From: a virus
Lineage: Duplodnaviria > Heunggongvirae > Uroviricota > Caudoviricetes
Strand: one strand, 5' to 3'
Virus record (IMG/VR): IMGVR_UViG_3300028048_001412
Coordinates: 109,858 to 173,857 of that record
Length of the DNA stretch: 64,000 nt
Shown here piece after piece: positions 58,297-64,000 of the stretch; positions within the stretch are counted from its first letter, which is position 1, and each line of letters opens with the position of its first letter. The position numbers and the translations under genes were made by a program. The notes beneath the pieces are model-generated. The model was not told the DNA's origin and did not search any database. It saw nothing but the letters and a program-made list of their open reading frames with translations.

Positions 58297-58830
58297 ATGA
58301 AAAATGTATTATCATTTGAATGGTTAACGAAAAAGAATATAAGTGAAATGGATTTAATCCGTAGATTATTATTAAAAAATTATAATCTAGTAGATTTAGA
58401 ACCAGAGATTTTAGATAGTGTAATTAGCGGAGAATGCAAACAATTCTACCCTATTATAGATTATGCTATAATTAAAGTAAATAATAAAAGTGTAGGTCTT
58501 ATTGGTCAATATAATTCATTTTTATTTAAAAATGATTTATGGTTAGGATGGGCTGGAATATTACCTGAATTTCATGATAAGAAAAAATCATATATGAAAA
58601 ATGCAATGAAATTATGGGAAGCATATGTAAAAAAGAAATATCCTAATATTGATCATTTAAGAGCATATATTTCTAAAAGCAAAGAAAAAGACGATTTAAT
58701 TTATCTAAAAGATTTAGGATATAAATTAGAAAAAGGAATGTATAAACATTATCAAGATGATGATATAATAATATTAAGTAAATGTTTAAAAGGAGAATAT
58801 AGACCTTGGACTAGAAAACCCGTTTGGTAA
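58297..58830 (+). CDS. Hypothetical protein (possible acetyltransferase-like)
   Basis: 177-aa ORF. Confidence 0.4.
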   Translation: MKNVLSFEWLTKKNISEMDLIRRLLLKNYNLVDLEPEILDSVISGECKQFYPIIDYAIIKVNNKSVGLIGQYNSFLFKNDLWLGWAGILPEFHDKKKSYMKNAMKLWEAYVKKKYPNIDHLRAYISKSKEKDDLIYLKDLGYKLEKGMYKHYQDDDIIILSKCLKGEYRPWTRKPVW

Positions 58831-58939
58831 AAATTTATTAATATATTTTATTTTGATTTTTCAGTATAAATAGTATAATAATTATAATATATAATATTAA
58901 AATAATATTAAGCAAATGTTTAAAAGGAGAATATAGTGA

Positions 58940-59473
58940 ATGAATAATTCGGGAGCAATAATGGCAGGAGTGTTAATATTTGTAGTTCTTATTGTTTTAT
59001 TTACAATTGTTTTTTCTATAATGTGTTTATGGAAAATATACGAAAAAGCAGGAGAACCAGGTTGGAAATGTTTAGTTCCTATTTATAATACTTGGACTTT
59101 ATATAAGTTTATCAAAATGCCAGTAGTTGTATTTTGGATAGCTTTAGCATCTAGTATATTACAAAATATATTTAGTTCTACTATAACTGTGAATGGAGAA
59201 ATTTATTATCAAAGTATAACTAGTTTAGGACCTGTTGGAACTATTTGTGCAATAATATCATTAATAATCTATGTAATGGTTAGTTATAAATTATCATTAG
59301 CTTTTGGTAAAGGAATAGGATATACTATACTTTTAATTTTTATAATTGGTTATCCTATGTTAGCATTTGGAAGTGCTCAATATCAATATAATTCAATAAA
59401 TGATAATGATTATGGAAATTCTCATTTTAATGATAATAACGATGATGAATTTCAAATGATAGATGAAAATTAA
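58940..59473 (+). CDS. Hypothetical multi-pass membrane protein
   Basis: Four hydrophobic helices. Acidic C-terminus. Confidence 0.45.
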   Translation: MNNSGAIMAGVLIFVVLIVLFTIVFSIMCLWKIYEKAGEPGWKCLVPIYNTWTLYKFIKMPVVVFWIALASSILQNIFSSTITVNGEIYYQSITSLGPVGTICAIISLIIYVMVSYKLSLAFGKGIGYTILLIFIIGYPMLAFGSAQYQYNSINDNDYGNSHFNDNNDDEFQMIDEN

Positions 59474-59605
59474 TATCAACAACCTAGTGGTTAAATACCA
59501 CAAGGTTTGTGAAAACAAACCTTACGTTGATTAGCTTTAATAACAGTTTGTGGGAAATGTCATTCACATAAAAATCATCAAAAAGGTGGAATTTTACATA
59601 AATGG

Positions 59606-60139
59606 ATGCAAAAGAAAAAGAAAGTAAAAACATATAAAGAACCAACATTTATGAATATCTTACAAAGTAGAATTATAAAAGAATACCCAAATGCAAGAAT
59701 AACTTATGGATATGAAACAGAAATTAAAAGAATAGAATTAGGATTAGAAAAAGAACATTATAACGACGCAATAGCCATAACAAATTTAGATAATATAAAA
59801 GAAAACTCAAATGAATTTTTATTTATAAAACAGTTTAGAAAGAAAAAGAGAAGTTTACACGAAGCAACTATACGAAAAGGAAGAAAAGAACCAAATAGAT
59901 CTCAAAAACGAAATTCAAAGAATACGGTGACGAATGGAATACATTATTTAGGAGATACAGTAAAAGTAGGAAATAAAATAGGATATGTAAGTGGTTTTTC
60001 AGGAAAACAGTTATATGTAAAAGATTTTGAAGATAATTACATAACAAAAGAAGGAAAGAAATATAAACAAATTGGAGAAAAAGAATGTCTAATAGTAAAA
60101 CACAACAACAATTGGATTTACCAAGCAATTCATCCTTAG
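59606..60139 (+). CDS. Hypothetical basic protein
   Basis: 177-aa ORF. Confidence 0.4.
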   Translation: MQKKKKVKTYKEPTFMNILQSRIIKEYPNARITYGYETEIKRIELGLEKEHYNDAIAITNLDNIKENSNEFLFIKQFRKKKRSLHEATIRKGRKEPNRSQKRNSKNTVTNGIHYLGDTVKVGNKIGYVSGFSGKQLYVKDFEDNYITKEGKKYKQIGEKECLIVKHNNNWIYQAIHP

Positions 60140-60197
60140 TGCTAAAGACTCAAAGGAATTCTTGCTTGAAAAAGTTAAAAAGTGAGGTAAAAGATTA

Positions 60198-61352
60198 ATG
60201 GGCTTAATAAAAGCAATTTCTGGTTCAGTAACTGGTGCACTTGCTGATCAATGGAAAGAAGTATTTGTATGCGATTCATTACCAAATACAGTTTTAGTTA
60301 AAAAAGGTGTTAAAAAAGTAACTGGAAGAAGTTCTAATACTAAAGGAGAAGATAATATCATCTCTAATGGCTCTTTAATTATAGTAAATAATGAACAATG
60401 TGCTATAATTACAGATAATGGTAAAATTAGAGATGTAGTTATGGAACCGGGAGGATTTGAATATCATAATGATACTCAACCTTCTATTTTTGCAGATCAA
60501 GATATAATAGGTGTATTAAAAGAATCTTGGAAAAGATTAGGATATGGAGGTCAACCAGGTTCAGAACAAAGAGTATATTATGTAAATACAAAAGAGATTC
60601 TTGATAATAAATATGGAACAGAAAGTCCATTTAATTATCATTTTGTAGCTAGAGATGAAAATGGAAATTTAATTCAAGGTGGTTCTCTTGATTTAAATGT
60701 AAGATGTCATGGAGTATATTCATTTAGAATAGTAGATCCAATTAAGTTTTATAATAATATAGCTGGAAATATTAAAGAAGAATATAATATAAGCAATATA
60801 GAAACTCAATTAAAAGAAGAATTTGTAACTGCTTTACCAGATGCTCTTTCAAAATTTGGTTCAGAAGGAATATTACCATCACAATTAGTTTCTAAACAAA
60901 CAAAGATTGCTGATAAGATGGATGAGATATTATCTAATAAATGGAAAGAATTAAGAGGATTAGATATTATTTCAGTAGGTGTTAAAATTACATTAACTTC
61001 AGAAGATGATAAGAGACTTAAAGATATTATGCAAATGGGTTCTGGTAAAGAATCAAGAATGGCAGATATTTTAGAAAAAGCCGCAAGTAATTCAGGTGGT
61101 TCAATGGCTGGATTTATGGGAATGAATATGGCTAATATGGGAATGAATGGTATGTTTGGTGGTGCTGTATCTCAAGGAAACAATAATCAAAATCAAGCTC
61201 AAGGAATTAAATGTCCTAAATGTGGAACAGTAAATAATGGAAAATTCTGTTCTAATTGTGGTTCATCTTTATCAACTAGTTGGAAATGTGAGTGTGGAAC
61301 AGAAAATACAGGTAATTTCTGTAATAATTGTGGAAAAAAGAAACCAGAGTAA
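60198..61352 (+). CDS. SPFH-domain protein of the Band_7_1 type (so-called putative virion core protein family) with C-terminal double zinc ribbon
   Basis: N-terminus MGLIKAISGSVTGALADQWKEVF is the hallmark start of this family. C-terminal CPKCG...CSNCG and CECG...CNNCG. Confidence 0.5.
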   Translation: MGLIKAISGSVTGALADQWKEVFVCDSLPNTVLVKKGVKKVTGRSSNTKGEDNIISNGSLIIVNNEQCAIITDNGKIRDVVMEPGGFEYHNDTQPSIFADQDIIGVLKESWKRLGYGGQPGSEQRVYYVNTKEILDNKYGTESPFNYHFVARDENGNLIQGGSLDLNVRCHGVYSFRIVDPIKFYNNIAGNIKEEYNISNIETQLKEEFVTALPDALSKFGSEGILPSQLVSKQTKIADKMDEILSNKWKELRGLDIISVGVKITLTSEDDKRLKDIMQMGSGKESRMADILEKAASNSGGSMAGFMGMNMANMGMNGMFGGAVSQGNNNQNQAQGIKCPKCGTVNNGKFCSNCGSSLSTSWKCECGTENTGNFCNNCGKKKPE

Positions 61353-61397
61353 TGATAAAAAATAAATAAAATAAGAAATATAGGAGAATTAAAATAT

Positions 61398-61790
61398 ATG
61401 GAAAGAATGGATGAAATATTGTCTGGTGGTGTAAAAATAGGACCAACTTTAGGACTTATAATAGTAATTGCATATATAGGATATTTAATTTGGTTAAATA
61501 GAAAAACAAATTCTCCTATATTTTTCTTATTGTTTTTTATTATGTGGGGTTGCGGATTTATGGGTGGAGGTTTAGCAGCTATGAATTCAAGTTTTCTATT
61601 TGGTTTAATATTTTGTGTTTGTGCTATATTTGCTCCTATCTTATTTATGAGCGCAGGAAGTAGTATGAATAGAAAATCAAGATATAGAAACAATCAACAT
61701 AATGAAAATAAAGAATGGAAACAAAATGATATAGATGATGATTCTCATGATAAAAATGATAAGAATAATGATTGGATAGTAGAAGGATAA
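61398..61790 (+). CDS. Hypothetical membrane protein
   Basis: Three TM helices. Confidence 0.45.
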   Translation: MERMDEILSGGVKIGPTLGLIIVIAYIGYLIWLNRKTNSPIFFLLFFIMWGCGFMGGGLAAMNSSFLFGLIFCVCAIFAPILFMSAGSSMNRKSRYRNNQHNENKEWKQNDIDDDSHDKNDKNNDWIVEG

Positions 61791-61806
61791 TTTAAGGAGA
61801 GAACTA

Positions 61807-62547
61807 ATGAAAATTAAATGTGATTTTTGTGGTAATGAGTTTGAAGAAACATTACAAAATTGTCCATCATGTGGAGCTGTAAATAATAATATAAATAAAA
61901 CGGCAAGCAGTGGTCCTAGAACAATTGAAGAATTAAAAGATTGGTTCTATGTAACTCATGGATTAACTAAAGAAAAAACTCATATTTATATTGGAGAAGA
62001 TTGCAAAGAACCTGCTTGTTTTGGAATATATAGAGATGTTAATACTAATGATATAGTAGTTTATAAAAATAAAGCTAATGGTGAAAGAGCAATTAGATAT
62101 CAAGGTGTAGATGAACAATATGGAGTTAATGAATTATATCAACTAATTCAAAGGCAAGCATTAAGAAATGGTGTAGATTTAAATGGTGCAAAAAATCCAG
62201 GTCAAATAACTAGTAGAAATAGTGCTTTAAATAGTGATAGAAATACTTATTCTAGAAATTATTCAAATAATAGAAGAAATAATCATTATTTTGCAATAAG
62301 TTGGCTAATATTGATAATTTTTATAATTGTAATTTATATTTATGGTAGTATGAATGGGTGGCAGAATACTTCATCACGTAGTAGCGGAAGTTCAGGATCT
62401 TCATATAGCAGAGATTATGATTGGAGTTCAAGTAGAGATGATGATTGGGGTTCTAGTTGGGATGACGATGATGATTGGGATTCAGGAGATTGGGATTCAG
62501 ATTGGGGTGCAAATTTCGAAGAATTTCAATACAAAAGATTATGTTAA
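61807..62547 (+). CDS. Zinc-ribbon membrane protein with Ser/Asp/Trp-rich C-terminal low-complexity tail
   Basis: CDFCGNEF...CPSCGA, one TM, DDDWGSSWDDDDDWDSGDWDSDWG. Confidence 0.45.
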   Translation: MKIKCDFCGNEFEETLQNCPSCGAVNNNINKTASSGPRTIEELKDWFYVTHGLTKEKTHIYIGEDCKEPACFGIYRDVNTNDIVVYKNKANGERAIRYQGVDEQYGVNELYQLIQRQALRNGVDLNGAKNPGQITSRNSALNSDRNTYSRNYSNNRRNNHYFAISWLILIIFIIVIYIYGSMNGWQNTSSRSSGSSGSSYSRDYDWSSSRDDDWGSSWDDDDDWDSGDWDSDWGANFEEFQYKRLC

Positions 62548-62661
62548 ATTTCATAATATATTTTATATGAATTTTTAAAAAATTTGGGTATAATATTAAA
62601 TATGATAAAAATGAGTAGATTAAATTCTACTTTGATTTAAAAATATAAAAAGGAAAAAGAA

Positions 62662-63132
62662 ATGTTAAGAACAAAGAGATTTCAAATAATTACATTATTA
62701 TTTATATTAACTATTAGTTTTAATAGTTTCTCTGCTACTGTTATTTCATCTGAACAAAAGAATAACATTTCTCCTGAAACTAATATTATAAATCAACAAT
62801 TACAACCTAGCCAAAATACTCAATTATCTACAATGCCAGAAGGTGGATTAAATGGTAACTTTACATATGGATTGAGAAGATTAGCGGTTATTTTAGCCAA
62901 AAATAAAGATTTCACTGTCGATTTTGTAGGTTATTTTAAAGAATCAGATGATAAATATAAAGTAATAATTTCATCATCAAACGCCTGGAGAAGTGGTAAT
63001 TGGAGAGTTGATATTTATCCGGCTTTATCTGAATATGAGAAGGTTCTCGATGGTTATCATTGTTGGTTTGGTTTCTATGATGAAAATAGACAAAGAATTG
63101 GTACTGCGCAAGCTGTAAAATTGAAAAGTTAA
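62662..63132 (+). CDS. Secreted hypothetical protein
   Basis: Signal peptide. Confidence 0.4.
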   Translation: MLRTKRFQIITLLFILTISFNSFSATVISSEQKNNISPETNIINQQLQPSQNTQLSTMPEGGLNGNFTYGLRRLAVILAKNKDFTVDFVGYFKESDDKYKVIISSSNAWRSGNWRVDIYPALSEYEKVLDGYHCWFGFYDENRQRIGTAQAVKLKS

Positions 63133-63170
63133 ATGATGTAGAAATATTTAACTTTATAGATAGATTTTAA

Positions 63171-63210
63171 ATAAGGACCAATTCTTTAATAGAAAAGGTC
63201 CTTATTTTTT
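63171..63210 (+). terminator. Rho-independent terminator
   Basis: ATAAGGACC/GGTCCTTAT hairpin + T-run. Confidence 0.65.
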
Positions 63211-63270
63211 ATGTAAAAATAGTTGAAAATATTGAGGAAAATTAATTTATAAAAAAATTTTAAAAAACCC

Positions 63271-63299
63271 TTGATTTTTTCTCAAAAATATCATATAAT
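63271..63299 (+). promoter_or_regulatory. Sigma70/SigA-like promoter (TTGATT-17-TATAAT) followed by GTATAATATTAT motif; drives tRNA cluster
   Basis: Duplicate of the 33667 promoter block. An A/T UP-like tract lies upstream. Confidence 0.55.
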
Positions 63300-63463
63300 A
63301 TTAGTATAATATTATTAAGGCAAAATAATATTAGATCTATTTAAAAAGTTTCTGCCATAGCTTCTTAAATAGATGCCATACTTACCTCCTTTAATTATAA
63401 ATAAAATGTTTGTGATTTAAGTAGGGGTGATTCGAGTATAGTTCAGTTGCCCCTATTTACTCG

Positions 63464-63539
63464 GGCGATATCGGCAAGCGGTTTAAGCCACAGGATTTTC
63501 ATTCCTGCATCTTCGTGGGTTCGAATCCCACTATCGTCA
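63464..63539 (+). tRNA. tRNA, probably Glu (anticodon TTC); noncanonical D-arm
   Basis: Acceptor GGCGATA/TATCGTC (one G.U). Anticodon stem CAGGA/TCCTG with loop TTTTCAT. T-arm GTGGG-TTCGAAT-CCCAC. Confidence 0.4.
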
Positions 63540-63701
63540 TTCGTAAAGAGACAGAAACTTTACGAGACTTTCATAGAAGTCCTCCTATAAAATAAATCCT
63601 AGGTCTTATTAAGTAAAATTAAGTAAGATATATTATTCAGAATATAAGAGGTTCAAATCTCTCCTAGGAATTCAAATCGTTCTATGACAATTGAATATTA
63701 A

Positions 63702-63781
63702 GCTCCATTGGTGGAATTGGTAGACACGCGAGTCTTAGGAACTCGTTCGAAAGAGTGTAAGTTCGAGTCTTACATGGAGTA
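63702..63781 (+). tRNA. tRNA-Leu (anticodon TAG), class II
   Basis: Acceptor GCTCCAT/ATGGAGT (G1.U72). D-arm GTG-GAATTGGTAGA-CAC. Anticodon stem CGAGT/ACTCG with loop CTTAGGA. Long variable arm. T-arm GTAAG-TTCGAGT-CTTAC. Confidence 0.5.
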
Positions 63782-64000
63782 CGCATATCTTTTTACCACG
63801 TTCGATTCGTTGAGAGAATGTTGAAATGATCTGTAATGGTTTACTAAAAAGATCAAGATTAGAGCTTATATTTATAACATTCGTAAATATAAGGTCGAGA
63901 ATCATTAAAAATAAGGGGCTAGGGACTGCAATGGGGTGGTCGCTTCTCTTGCAAAGAAGAAATCAGTCGGAATCATTCTCCGATAGCTCCACTATAATAA

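Noticed and set aside
331-61693. All minus-strand ORFs in the track (for example 331..528, 2375..2608, 8045..8443, 12587..12853, 19112..19390, 35220..35666, 47695..48078, 61199..61693)
   Set aside because: Each lies entirely inside a well-supported + strand gene. They are low-complexity (Ile/Phe/Leu-rich) as expected from antisense reading of AT-rich DNA, and have no RBS or motifs. Treated as spurious.
63596-63669. tRNA-like element flanked by TCCTAGG ... CCTAGGA between the two predicted tRNAs
   Set aside because: CCTAGG is itself palindromic, so the flanks form a simple long inverted repeat. I could not fold a convincing D-arm, anticodon stem or T-stem from the intervening AT-rich sequence. 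Possibly a degenerate pseudo-tRNA.
63880-64000. tmRNA or additional ncRNA starting GGGGCTAGGG...
   Set aside because: It does not match the tmRNA 5' tRNA-like domain or the resume-codon region. It is truncated by the window end and cannot be classified; mentioned only as unexplained structured sequence.
1-64000. Prophage/integrative element boundaries (integrase, att sites) or a bacterial defence island
   Set aside because: There is no integrase, recombinase or flanking bacterial housekeeping gene. Content and uniform orientation fit an internal segment of a large virulent phage genome.

Overview
This is a visibly AT-rich 64-kb segment with roughly 90 tightly packed genes, all on the + strand. 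The minus-strand ORFs in the track are embedded in + strand genes and look spurious. Many genes are translationally coupled through TAATG or ATGA overlaps. The content reads as the early/middle region (DNA replication, recombination, nucleotide metabolism) of a large virulent phage with a T4-like replisome logic. It includes a DnaB-like helicase, a DnaG-like primase, a compact family-B DNA polymerase, a two-subunit type II topoisomerase, a RecA/UvsX recombinase, Mre11/Rad50, a RuvC-like resolvase, Cas4-like and PD-(D/E)xK nucleases, two RNA ligases with HAD phosphatases, and at least four tRNA genes. The host is probably a low-GC Gram-positive (clostridia-like). That inference rests on the AT richness, the choline/cell-wall-binding repeat proteins and an NlpC/P60 hydrolase. 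Notable accessory content: (1) a 7-deazaguanine (preQ0) biosynthesis cluster (QueE, FolE, QueC, QueD) with MazG, a P-loop kinase and two unassigned ORFs, implying hypermodified phage DNA. (2) Four paralogs of an unusual homing-endonuclease-like family (zinc finger + tandem ~25-aa YGVENPxQSEEIKKK repeats + Vsr/DUF559-like nuclease), all with non-ATG starts, plus three HNH endonucleases. (3) A GmrSD-like DUF262-HNH protein translationally coupled to the helicase. (4) A PARG-type macrodomain protein. (5) Three different SPFH-domain proteins (flotillin-like, stomatin-like, Band_7_1). (6) A Suv3-like helicase. (7) A recurring GTATAATATAAAT motif upstream of many genes, sometimes abutting the ATG, plus a duplicated sigma70-like promoter. 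(8) A GC-richer structured non-coding region upstream of a candidate SSB gene. No CRISPR array and no integrase or obvious prophage boundary are seen.
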